Assembly: GCF_022701215.1 (NCBI RefSeq)
Contig: NZ_CP089976.1
Location: 780,001 to 812,000, forward strand
Origin: Moraxella nasovis
GTDB lineage: Bacteria > Pseudomonadota > Gammaproteobacteria > Pseudomonadales > Moraxellaceae
DNA: 32,000 bases
Reading direction: 5' to 3'
The notes under the pieces are model-generated. The model ran no database searches. It was not told where the DNA came from and worked only from the letters and a program-made list of their open reading frames with translations. The position numbers and the translations under genes are program-made. Of this stretch, positions 10,537 through 18,895 are shown piece by piece (position 1 is the first letter of the stretch; each line of letters begins with the position of its first letter).

Positions 10537-11712
10537 TTAAGCCAACTCAATCGCCATTGCCACACCTTCGCCACCGCCGATACATAGGCTTGCCACACCT
10601 TTTGTGCCGCCTGTGCGTTTTAGGGCGTGAATGAGCGTTACTAAAATGCGAGTGCCAGAACAGCCAAGCGGGTGTCCTAAGGCACACGCACCGCCGTTGA
10701 TATTGACTTTGGCAGGGTCAAGCCCAAAGGCATCTATCGCTCCAAGCGTTACCATAGCAAAGGCTTCGTTGATTTCCCACACATCTACCTCATCTGTCGT
10801 CCAGCCTGCTTTATCCAGCACTTTTTTAATCGCACCGATGGGGGCTGTGGTGAATTCACTGGGGGCTTGTGAGTGGGTGGCGTAGGCTTTAATGCTAGCA
10901 AGTACAGGCAAGTCGTGGCTGTCTGCATACGCCTTTGAGCTTAGAATAACCGCTGCTGCTCCATCAGAAATAGAGCTTGCGTTGGCAGCAGTGATTGTAC
11001 CATCTTTAGCAAAGGCAGGTTTTAGCGTGGGGATTTTATCCACTTTGGCACGGCTTGGCGACTCGTCTGTATCAATAACTTGCTCACCTTTTTTATCCTT
11101 GATGATAACAGGGCAAATCTCATCTTTAAAATAGCCCTTAGTAATCGCTTCGTTGGCTTTATTTAGCGATGAAATGGCAAATTCGTCCATACTTTGGCGA
11201 GTGTAGCCCTTTTTATCTGCCATTTCTTGGGCATATACACCCATAAGTTTACCACTTTCGGCATCTTGCAGTCCGTCAAAGAACATCAAATCCATAACTT
11301 CGCCATGCCCCATTCGCATACCGCCACGAGCCTTAGGCAGAGCATAGGGGGCATTGGTCATGCTGTCCATACCGCCTGCGATGATGACACTGGCTTGTTT
11401 AGCTTTGATGGCATTGGCAGCTTGCATGACACTCACCAAGCCTGAACCACAGACTTTATTGACCGTAATCGCACCGACCTTTTCATCAAGCCCAGCTTTA
11501 ATCATGGCTTGGCGAGCAGGGGCTTGTCCAAGTCCTGCCGACAGCACACAGCCCATGACCACCTCATCAATGTCATGGGTATCAATACCCGCTTGCTGAC
11601 ACGCCCCTTTAATGGCGGTTGCTCCCAAATCACTGGCGGACAGACCAGCAAACACCCCATTAAATGCCCCCATAGGCGTACGAGTGGCAGACAAAACAAC
11701 GATGTCGTTCAT
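10537..11712 (-). CDS. atoB: Acetyl-CoA C-acetyltransferase (thiolase II)
   Basis: Thiolase motifs VNKVCGSGL (active Cys), NEAFA, GGACALGHPLGCSG and CIGGGEG. I start it at the ATG at 11712 (MNDIVVLSATRTPMG), which has an AGGGAA ribosome-binding site. The 22-aa extension in the track looks spurious. Confidence 0.92.
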   Translation of the reverse strand: MNDIVVLSATRTPMGAFNGVFAGLSASDLGATAIKGACQQAGIDTHDIDEVVMGCVLSAGLGQAPARQAMIKAGLDEKVGAITVNKVCGSGLVSVMQAANAIKAKQASVIIAGGMDSMTNAPYALPKARGGMRMGHGEVMDLMFFDGLQDAESGKLMGVYAQEMADKKGYTRQSMDEFAISSLNKANEAITKGYFKDEICPVIIKDKKGEQVIDTDESPSRAKVDKIPTLKPAFAKDGTITAANASSISDGAAAVILSSKAYADSHDLPVLASIKAYATHSQAPSEFTTAPIGAIKKVLDKAGWTTDEVDVWEINEAFAMVTLGAIDAFGLDPAKVNINGGACALGHPLGCSGTRILVTLIHALKRTGGTKGVASLCIGGGEGVAMAIELA

Positions 11713-11800
11713 AATTTTCCCTATATTGACGTAAATAAATCGCTTATTTATTGTAGAGTAACGCTGTGGCTTTTGCAATCAGTGCGATGCATCTTAATTA

Positions 11801-13138
11801 TCATACCAAAAAATAAAACGTCCCTGTAATAATCAGCCCTGACACAATCAGCACCAACAAACAATAACCCATAATTGCTCGAGCATCAAGCCCTACAATA
11901 CCGAGCAATGGCAATGCCCAAAATGGCTGTATCATATTTGTCCACGCATCACCCCAAGCAATCGCCATAGCAGTTACACTTGGATTTACCGATAAAGCTG
12001 CACCTGCAGGTATCATAATCGGACCTTGTACCGCAAACTGCCCGCCCCCTGAAGGCACAAACACATTGACAACCCCTGCACTCAAAAATGCAAGTATAGG
12101 AAAACTCTCTGCACTGGCATGATTTAAGAAAAAATGCGTTACTTGCGAACCAATAGACACCCCATCAGCATTCGCCCCTGTTACAATCCCCATGATGCCC
12201 CCATAAAATGGAAACAACAGCACAACCCCTGTAATGCCACTGATGCCATCGCCCACCGCACGATAATAACGCTCAATGGTGCCATGAGCCATCACACCCA
12301 AAAACAAAAATATGCCGATGACGATGTTTAAGCCAATGTCCGCGCCTTTGCTAAATTCGCCCACATAATATAACAAGGCAAGCACCACCAATGCCATCAT
12401 CATCAAACGGCTGTCGTCCAGCTTTTGGGCAGGCGTATCGGTGGGTGGCAGGGTAATAACTTTTTGTTTAATCAAATCAGGATTGACCACTTGCGGATTT
12501 TTGGGGTGCATAAGTGCGTTAAGAGCAGGAATAATCAGCATAATCAAGCTGACAATCACCAAATTATAAGTAGAAAAAATCGTCTGGCTAAGTGCAATGG
12601 CATCAGTAATCGCTCCGCCTGACAGCTTGGCAAGTGTCTCACCGCCTGAGCTTAAAGTTAAAGGCACAGAACCTGACAATCCGCCATGCCACACCAAAAA
12701 CCCAGAATACGCTGACGCCACAAGAAGCGGATAATCCACGCTGCGCACTTTTTTGGCAAGTGCTTTGGCAAACACCGCCCCAATTACAAGCCCAAAACCC
12801 CAATTTAACAAACAGCCAATCATCGCCACAAGCGTTACCAGCACAATCGCCATCGTGGGCGATTTGACACGGCTTGCCAAAAAATCCAAAAACCGCTGAA
12901 CAATTGGAGCGTTTGCCAAAGCATAGCCTGTTATCAAAATCAGTGCCATTTGCATGGCAAATCCATGGAGCGACCAAAGCCCCTTACCCCAATGTCCTGC
13001 CATCTCAATGATATTTTGACTTGTCAGACCCACACCCAACATAAACGCAATCAGTGTGAGTAAAATTGAAAAAATAAACGGTGATGGCAGGTAACGATTG
13101 ACCAATGCAACACTAAATTGAGTTAAAGCTTTAAACAT
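11801..13138 (-). CDS. atoE: Short-chain fatty acid transporter, AtoE family
   Basis: 445-aa polytopic membrane protein. Its N-terminus (FSVALVNRYLPSPFIFSILLTLIAF) parallels E. coli AtoE as I recall it, and it heads the thiolase/CoA-transferase gene string. Confidence 0.82.
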   Translation of the reverse strand: MFKALTQFSVALVNRYLPSPFIFSILLTLIAFMLGVGLTSQNIIEMAGHWGKGLWSLHGFAMQMALILITGYALANAPIVQRFLDFLASRVKSPTMAIVLVTLVAMIGCLLNWGFGLVIGAVFAKALAKKVRSVDYPLLVASAYSGFLVWHGGLSGSVPLTLSSGGETLAKLSGGAITDAIALSQTIFSTYNLVIVSLIMLIIPALNALMHPKNPQVVNPDLIKQKVITLPPTDTPAQKLDDSRLMMMALVVLALLYYVGEFSKGADIGLNIVIGIFLFLGVMAHGTIERYYRAVGDGISGITGVVLLFPFYGGIMGIVTGANADGVSIGSQVTHFFLNHASAESFPILAFLSAGVVNVFVPSGGGQFAVQGPIMIPAGAALSVNPSVTAMAIAWGDAWTNMIQPFWALPLLGIVGLDARAIMGYCLLVLIVSGLIITGTFYFLV

Positions 13139-13474
13139 TATTCATCCTTGCTAAATATGATTTATCCTTGTTTTGCTTAATCAAAAAAAGGGCTAACGTA
13201 GATTAGTTATGACACTATACTACAAAAATAAAAAAAACTTACTATAACACAGTAAAAACCACAGGTTAAGTTACTTACATTTGCTAGTTAAACTTTTGTG
13301 GCGAAAGTGACGCAAAGTTACAGCTAGAATAGCTAGTGGTTTACTTGGTTATTTACGCACAATTTAAGCAGTGTTGTTTTATCTTAAGTAATATTCTTTT
13401 ACCGCAAAATCTTAACTTTGATACTCTTAATTTTGATACAGTATTGTCTTAACCTAGAAACTCAAACACACTTT

Positions 13475-13640
13475 GATAAAAAGATAAAGCTTAATGAAAG
13501 CTATTTTGGTGGTGCTTGTAAAGGTAATCTTGGGCGTGGTGCTAACATAAAGCCGCTGTCTTTGGCCTTTTAAACTATGATGGCAAGATCTATATGGTCA
13601 TTTGCCAAAGACACCAAGGCAAATACAGCAGCGTTAACAA
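13475..13640 (+). pseudogene. Frameshifted fragment of an IS1595-family (ISXO2-like) transposase
   Basis: Translation gives DKKIKLNESYFGGACKGNLGRGANIKP, then after a +1 shift VFGLLNYDGKIYMVI. This matches the conserved (V/I)DESYFGG...RGRGA..K.PVFGLL.R.GKVY block of ISXO2-like transposases. It is interrupted by a stop and a frameshift and lacks the rest of the gene. Weaker similarity may extend upstream to about 13400. Confidence 0.5.
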
Positions 13641-13642
13641 AA

Positions 13643-13677
13643 AAAACGTTTGTCTTTTTATCAAAGACAAACGTTTT
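13643..13677. terminator. Perfect 15-bp stem-loop, terminator-like in both directions
   Basis: AAAACGTTTGTCTTT (13643-13657), loop TTATC, then AAAGACAAACGTTTT (13663-13677). An A-run and a T-run flank it. It lies at the end of the IS remnant. Confidence 0.5.
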
Positions 13678-13772
13678 AATTGAACTGGCTTGCCTACAAC
13701 CAGCCTAAAACATTAAAAAAATGATGTGTTTAAGGCTAATAGTACAGCCCCTTATCAAATCATGCTAGATAG

Positions 13773-13800
13773 AAAAACACCGCCATCAGACGGTGTTTTT
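13773..13800 (-). terminator. Rho-independent terminator of the POT transporter gene
   Basis: AAAAACACCG (13773-13782) pairs with CGGTGTTTTT (13791-13800) around an 8-nt loop, about 20 nt beyond the stop codon of the minus-strand gene. Confidence 0.65.
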
Positions 13801-13821
13801 ATGTATTTAGATATTCGCTTG

Positions 13822-15363
13822 TTAGGCATTTGCCTTGTGGTCGGCGTTGCTTAATAATTTGTTGATGGGCTTAGATAAAATCAGCAACATCACCGCACAT
13901 ATCACCAAAAATACCGTCAATGCGGTGAATAAAGTTGGCAAATCGCCAATCGTCTCGGCAGACACATAACCGCCTGAGATAGAGCCAATCAGACCCCCAA
14001 GCGAAATGGACGTATACCAAATGCCCATCATCATGCCCTGCATACCTTTTGGGGCAAGTTTGGTCATACTACTCATGCCCACAGGCGAAATAAATAGCTC
14101 CGCTAAGGTCAAAAATAAGAGCGAACTAACCAGCCAGCCCATAGACACACTAGCACTACCGCCTACGATGAGTTTGCTTGCCATAATCATGATGGCAAAA
14201 GCCACCGATGCAAGCAACATACCAAAGGCAAATTTTGTCATGCTGTTTGGATTTTTGTGTTTTTTGCCAAGTTTGATCCAAAACATACTCACCAAAGGGG
14301 CAAATATCAAAATAAAAATCGGATTGAGCGATTGAAGCCATACCGTAGGCACCACAAAGCCATTGACATCACGGTCGGTATAACGCTCAGCGAACAGGTT
14401 AAAAGAAGCAGGTTGCTGTTCAAAACTTGACCAAAACAAAGACGCACCGATGATCAAAAAGAAAGCCACGAGCAGACGCATTTTTTCTGCTTTATCAAAG
14501 CGATGAGACAAAAATCCCCACCCAAAAAAGGCAAATAACGCACCAATAATCAAATACGTCATCATATCACGAATCAATACCGCATCAATGCCAATCACGC
14601 CTGTCGCCACCAAAACCACCAACGCACCCAATGCCACCAAAAAGGCAAAGACCACCTTGCCCACATGAGAAGCCTTGCGATTTGGCTTATCCCAACTGAC
14701 CGTCATGCCTTTGGCATTGGCATATTGTGCCAGATGTTTTTTGGCGATGAAACGATACACCAACAAGGCAAGTAGCATACCAATACCCCCTACGGTAAAG
14801 CCTGTATGCCATTGACCATTTTCGGCAAAATATCCTGTGATGATAGGAGCAATCATCGCCCCTAAGTTGATTGACATATAAAATACCGTAAAGCCTGAAT
14901 CACGGCGTTCGTCTTGTTCATCATAAAGCGACCCCACCATGACAGCAATACACGTCTTAAACAGACCTGTACCCAATACCAATAAAATCAGCCCAACAAA
15001 AAACATCGTCATACCAAGCATCGGCACAGCAGACAATCCAATCGCCAAATGACCCAATGCCATAATCACACAGCCCCACCACAGCGAACGCTCCTGACCT
15101 AGCCAATTATCAGCAAGCCAACCGCCTGCCAATGGTGCCAAATATATCATGCCACTAAAAATACCATAAATGGCGGTGGCAGTCGTATCATCAAAGCCAA
15201 ATCCCCCAGAAACCAAAGCGGTCGTCATAAATAGCACAAGCAACGGGCGAATGCCATAATAAGAAAACCGCTCCCACATCTCAACAAAGAACAGCCCTTG
15301 AAGGGGTTTTGGGTGCCCTATAAAACTTTTATCCAAATGTTCAAAGTTAGTTTTAGACATCAT
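13822..15363 (-). CDS. dtpT: Proton-dependent di/tripeptide transporter (POT/PTR2 family)
   Basis: 513 aa with the PTR2 signature FFVEMWERFSYYGIRPLLVLFM and a multi-TM topology. Confidence 0.9.
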   Translation of the reverse strand: MMSKTNFEHLDKSFIGHPKPLQGLFFVEMWERFSYYGIRPLLVLFMTTALVSGGFGFDDTTATAIYGIFSGMIYLAPLAGGWLADNWLGQERSLWWGCVIMALGHLAIGLSAVPMLGMTMFFVGLILLVLGTGLFKTCIAVMVGSLYDEQDERRDSGFTVFYMSINLGAMIAPIITGYFAENGQWHTGFTVGGIGMLLALLVYRFIAKKHLAQYANAKGMTVSWDKPNRKASHVGKVVFAFLVALGALVVLVATGVIGIDAVLIRDMMTYLIIGALFAFFGWGFLSHRFDKAEKMRLLVAFFLIIGASLFWSSFEQQPASFNLFAERYTDRDVNGFVVPTVWLQSLNPIFILIFAPLVSMFWIKLGKKHKNPNSMTKFAFGMLLASVAFAIMIMASKLIVGGSASVSMGWLVSSLLFLTLAELFISPVGMSSMTKLAPKGMQGMMMGIWYTSISLGGLIGSISGGYVSAETIGDLPTLFTALTVFLVICAVMLLILSKPINKLLSNADHKANA

Positions 15364-15601
15364 TCATTCCTATTATTCTTGCCCAATTGATTGATGGTTT
15401 GTTGATTAAAGCATGTTAAACCTTTATAACACTTTTATAAAATAAAAACCATTTGATAATGATTTTGAACATTTTTGCATAAAAAATGGCTAAATCTTTT
15501 TTTTTAAAAACGTGTGATTTTTCTCAATTTTTTATTGCAAATACAAAAGGCAGGCACACTCTAAAAAAAATTTATGCGATTGTATCATATTTTTAACAAT
15601 A

Positions 15602-15630
15602 AAAACCTTGTTGTCTTACAAGGTTTTGTT
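15602..15630. terminator. Orphan bidirectional terminator-like hairpin in the dtpT-to-island intergenic region
   Basis: AAAACCTTG (15602-15610) pairs with CAAGGTTTT (15619-15627) around an 8-nt loop. T-runs follow on both strands. No credible ORF lies on either side. Confidence 0.4.
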
Positions 15631-15847
15631 TGGACTACCAATCAGTTGGTTGGCTTATTCATTTGCTGTATTTGTGGTGTCGCTTACCAAAATCCCATAC
15701 CCTTGCCAAAATACAAGCCTTTATCTTTAGCCACCTGTTACTTCGATCAACTAAATGGTATGCCTTAAACGGATAAATCTTAGTATAAAGACGGAACAGG
15801 CTTTATAAGTAATTGATTTTAAACAATTTTATTTTTATATATTTTTT

Positions 15848-15869
15848 CAATACCAACAATAATACCAAC
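15848..15869. repeat. att direct repeat at the TerL-proximal end
   Basis: CAATACCAACAATAATACCAAC, identical to 24882-24903. It is itself built from two AATACCAAC sub-repeats. Confidence 0.8.
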
Positions 15870-15957
15870 AAAATAAAAAGTAACCCCCTATTTATCACAA
15901 ACAAGGGGCTTTTTTTACCATTCCAAACAGACAAAAAACAATCATTTCAAACAACAA

Positions 15958-17328
15958 TCACGTCCACCACCTTACTTCCAATTTACTGATACAAGGTTCA
16001 CGTTTAAGCACCCCATATCTTAATGCGTCTGCTGCGTGGTCTGCTCCATCGCTTGCCATGTCTTCAGGTCTTTTGTCATCTCTACACAATGTTGGTAAAG
16101 TTTCCCACAAGTAACGGCATTGATTAGAAATATACAAGCCAGCTCTATCAGGTTTGCCAGCGTCAGCCATCAACCGCCTTAAAATATTCCAGCCAGTAAT
16201 GCGGTCTGCTTTCTTAGCTGGTTCAAAATGCACGCTTTGCATTCTAAATTCATCGGCAATACTACCTGTTGCGTGTCCAGCTTTGGCAAAAATTGCGTCA
16301 TCTGCAACGCCCTTAGCTCTAATATTCCAATAATCGCACATTTTTTTAATTTCTTCTGCTAGTGTTGGCACTGTCCAGCCTAAACCAACATTTAAATTAC
16401 CGTGCTTATGCGTTACCAATTCATCAACCACCACCAGCGAACCTTTGGGATAATAACGCCCATTGATTGTATCGCCATAACTTTCAGCGATTACCAGCGT
16501 TGCACTAGGGGCAGATGAACCAAAATCATGGGCTAACCAATAACGCCAACCGTCAGGGATTTCCGTCCATTCTTCAATCATCATGCGTTTTTCATCAAGT
16601 ACATTGGCAAAGTATGCCCCACGGTTTACCGCCCAATTACCATCAATCCACGCTTTTAATAATTCAGGGTCATCAGGACAAGACGCTGTTAATTGTTCGT
16701 TATACTGTTCACGGTCTATAAAGTGGTTATCTGCAAATGTACTGGGGGCGTGTACCCATGTTCTTTTGCTTTTTGGCTCGTGGAATGGTTGCCATGCTTC
16801 AAAACCATTAAATACAAATCTTTTGGCTATCCAATGATGGCCCACGCCTGCAGGGTTTGCACTAATAATCATTCTGATGGGTGTCTTTGTATCACCACGC
16901 AAATTTGAACGCATTAAATCCAATAATCTAGGTTCAGAAAATTGCCCAGCTTCATCAACAACCAGTAAATTAAATGAACGCCCTTGATACTTTGCATAAT
17001 CTGATTGACTTTCTAGCTGTCCAAGCTCCAAATAACCACCATTAGGAAAACGCCAAACGTGTTCAGTTTGATTGTATCTTGCACTTTGTCCGTAAACCAT
17101 GCCAAACACTTCACGGCATATCAATTCAAAATCTGCAAGCCCTTTGTAAGTACGCCGTATAAATAAACACCGTGCTTTTTCTTTGTATAACTCAATATGT
17201 CGTAAAATCAATAAAGCGATACAGTAAGATTTACCACCGCCACGCCCACCAAGTAAGGCAATATCTACACCGTCAGGAATTGCCATTACTTTTTCTTGAA
17301 AACTGTTTAATGGAATATTTTGCATCAT
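15958..17328 (-). CDS. terL: Terminase large subunit
   Basis: 456 aa. It has Walker A LLGGRGGGKS and Walker B LLVVDEAGQF, plus a C-terminal RNase-H-like nuclease with WLAHDFGSS and DGADHAADALRYG. Its start overlaps the TerS stop by 4 nt (ATGA). Confidence 0.9.
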   Translation of the reverse strand: MMQNIPLNSFQEKVMAIPDGVDIALLGGRGGGKSYCIALLILRHIELYKEKARCLFIRRTYKGLADFELICREVFGMVYGQSARYNQTEHVWRFPNGGYLELGQLESQSDYAKYQGRSFNLLVVDEAGQFSEPRLLDLMRSNLRGDTKTPIRMIISANPAGVGHHWIAKRFVFNGFEAWQPFHEPKSKRTWVHAPSTFADNHFIDREQYNEQLTASCPDDPELLKAWIDGNWAVNRGAYFANVLDEKRMMIEEWTEIPDGWRYWLAHDFGSSAPSATLVIAESYGDTINGRYYPKGSLVVVDELVTHKHGNLNVGLGWTVPTLAEEIKKMCDYWNIRAKGVADDAIFAKAGHATGSIADEFRMQSVHFEPAKKADRITGWNILRRLMADAGKPDRAGLYISNQCRYLWETLPTLCRDDKRPEDMASDGADHAADALRYGVLKREPCISKLEVRWWT

Positions 17329-17729
17329 TTATCCCCCTGACTAACCACCTTTAAATAATCGTCCATATTTTGGGCAGGTGCAGGTAAATTAAAAGTAATT
17401 GCAACCTTGTTGGCTTGGTCGGTTTGGTCGTATTCTTTATAGCCGTGCCTTGCTTTTAGTAGGAAAATCGCTGCGGTGATATTGCCTTTTTCCATCGCTT
17501 GCGTGTATAGCATATTATGCAAGTCTTGGCGTTCTTTTTCACGTCCAAGCTCTAAGGCTTGTTCTACTTCTGGAAATTTTTCACGCCATACATAAAATAA
17601 CGATTTTGATATATTACACGCTTTGGCAATATTAGGAATGGAATGCCCTTTAGCGGTCATTTGTTCAATCAGCTTAATATGCTGTGCTGTGGGCTGTTTT
17701 TTGTTGGCATTTAACCCTTTTTGTGCCAT
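17325..17729 (-). CDS. terS: Terminase small subunit (HTH type)
   Basis: 134 aa with an N-terminal HTH (GHSIPNIAKACNISKSLFYVWREKFPE), followed by the ELGREKERQDLHNMLYTQAMEKGNITAAIFLLKARHGYKE pattern typical of small terminases. It is translationally coupled to terL. Confidence 0.75.
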   Translation of the reverse strand: MAQKGLNANKKQPTAQHIKLIEQMTAKGHSIPNIAKACNISKSLFYVWREKFPEVEQALELGREKERQDLHNMLYTQAMEKGNITAAIFLLKARHGYKEYDQTDQANKVAITFNLPAPAQNMDDYLKVVSQGDK

Positions 17730-17740
17730 GTTTTTTCTCC

Positions 17741-17766
17741 AAAGAAAATAAGGGGCTTAGCCCCTT
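17741..17766 (-). terminator. Strong hairpin terminator between the capsid gene and terS
   Basis: AAGGGGC (17750-17756) pairs with GCCCCTT (17760-17766) around a 3-nt loop. On the minus-strand RNA it is followed by AUUUUCUUU, then GGAGA and the terS ATG. Confidence 0.7.
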
Positions 17767-17770
17767 ATTA

Positions 17771-18754
17771 TTATTTACTGATTAAAAATGCCAAAGGAAT
17801 GTTTTTTCGCTCTGTCATACGCTTCCAATGTTCTGCTTTGGCAAGCTCGCTAATGGTTGGGCTTTCGCCTTGTAACTCGCCCTCTACCCATGTATAACCT
17901 AATGGGTGAACCGCTAGATTTAATCGTGAATGCAAAACACTCATACCGCCACCCATACCAGCACTATTGATTAGCTCCACGGCTGTGGCAGGTGTGTGCA
18001 ATGGCTGTGAAATACCATAACTAAATGCACCAGCCCCCAAAAGCACGCTTAAATAATTGCCATCATCGTCAGGCGTTAAACCATCATCTACGATAACCAT
18101 TAAGCCCCTAAACGTTTGAAATGGTCTGCCTTGGCTAGGTGTTACGGTTTGGATTTGGTCGCTTTTGAGTGCGTCAAAATAGATTTTACTGTGCATGGCA
18201 ATCGCAACCACGCTATTAAATGCGTCTCCAAGCGTGGACGCTGTATCTATAACCGCTTCTGATGTAAATTTATTGGTTTTTGTGGCGGTTGTAATATCGT
18301 GTATCATATCACCACCATTTGCTTTGTTGCTTGCCACAATGCCACGGATAGACGCTATTAAGCGTTTTTGTAGCTCGTTATCCCAATAGGCTGTTACACG
18401 CTCTTGGATAGCCTTTAAAGGGTCAGCTCCTGCAATTTCAGCAGATAAGCCCATGCTAGACCATGAATTATGCAAAAATGCTTTTCTGATATTTTGCTTA
18501 TAAGCACTTACCTTTTTTGGTGTGGAATGTTCATCAGGATTGTCAGAAATAATGTCAGCTTCTGCACCGATTGCAATGTCTTTCCAGTAAGGGACGTTAA
18601 AAGACGTTGAACCAGCTTTTAAGTATTTGGAAATTTGGTCGTTTTTAACCAAAAGCCCACTTTCAATCAGCTTGGTTTTAGTTGCGGTTTTGTCTAATAG
18701 ATAATCGGTAAATTGTGATGGCTCGATAATGTCCGTTAATTGAGTAGTTGCCAT
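17771..18754 (-). CDS. Major capsid protein (HK97-fold family, by sequence pattern)
   Basis: 327 aa from the ATG at 18754, which has a GGAGA site 8 nt upstream. The N-terminus MATTQLTDIIEPSQFTDYLL...VPYWKD...SDNPDEHSTPKKV...DPLKAIQERVTAYWDNELQKRL matches the pattern I recognise from a widespread phage major-capsid family. It sits between a scaffold-position gene and the terminase genes. Confidence 0.78.
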   Translation of the reverse strand: MATTQLTDIIEPSQFTDYLLDKTATKTKLIESGLLVKNDQISKYLKAGSTSFNVPYWKDIAIGAEADIISDNPDEHSTPKKVSAYKQNIRKAFLHNSWSSMGLSAEIAGADPLKAIQERVTAYWDNELQKRLIASIRGIVASNKANGGDMIHDITTATKTNKFTSEAVIDTASTLGDAFNSVVAIAMHSKIYFDALKSDQIQTVTPSQGRPFQTFRGLMVIVDDGLTPDDDGNYLSVLLGAGAFSYGISQPLHTPATAVELINSAGMGGGMSVLHSRLNLAVHPLGYTWVEGELQGESPTISELAKAEHWKRMTERKNIPLAFLISK

Positions 18755-18802
18755 ATAATATTCTCCAATAGCAAAGTTACTGTTAATTGGTGAATATTTT
18801 GC

Positions 18803-18831
18803 ATTACAAAATAGGGGTGTACATTGTACAA
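18803..18831 (-). promoter_or_regulatory. Candidate sigma70-type promoter for the capsid/terminase genes
   Basis: The minus strand reads TTGTAC, a 17-nt spacer, then TGTAAT, about 45 nt upstream of the capsid ATG. It lies just after two terminator-like hairpins and overlaps a TGTACAATGTACA repeat. Confidence 0.3.
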
Positions 18832-18852
18832 AAAAAAGATAGGGCATAGCCC

Positions 18853-18886
18853 AAAAAGAAAAGGTGTCAGCATTGCCAACACCCTT
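18853..18886 (-). terminator. Terminator-like hairpin after orf300
   Basis: AAGGTGT (18861-18867) pairs with ACACCCTT (18879-18886) with one bulged base and an 11-nt loop. On the minus-strand RNA it is followed by UUCUUUUU. Confidence 0.45.
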
Positions 18887-18895
18887 AATTTTACT

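Noticed and set aside
1487-14341. Many 60-150-aa ORFs in the track that lie antisense or out of frame inside long, well-supported genes. Examples are 1487-1735, 2825-3070, 3939-4172, 5325-6083, 7118-8011, 9036-9977, 10631-11829, 12134-12977 and 14006-14341.
   Set aside because: They fall wholly within confidently recognised CDSs on the other strand or frame. They have no ribosome-binding site or recognisable motifs and show low-complexity translations. These are typical shadow ORFs.
15455-15477. A Fur-box-like sequence, GATAATGATTTTGAACATT, upstream of dtpT.
   Set aside because: It matches only about 13 of 19 consensus positions in a very AT-rich region, and I know of no reason for iron control of this transporter. 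The evidence is too weak to call.
15574-15768. A 64-aa plus-strand ORF in the dtpT-to-island gap.
   Set aside because: It has no Shine-Dalgarno sequence. It spans a strong terminator hairpin. Its composition is hydrophobic and Cys-rich with no motif, so it is probably non-coding.
17771-18847. The 31-aa N-terminal extension of the capsid ORF in the track. The same issue applies to the long track starts of the thiolase (11778), NhaC (6711, TTG), integrase (24848, GTG) and orf199 (22422, TTG).
   Set aside because: Downstream ATGs carry proper Shine-Dalgarno sequences and give N-termini typical of the families. The extensions are Cys/Phe-rich or begin at non-ATG codons.
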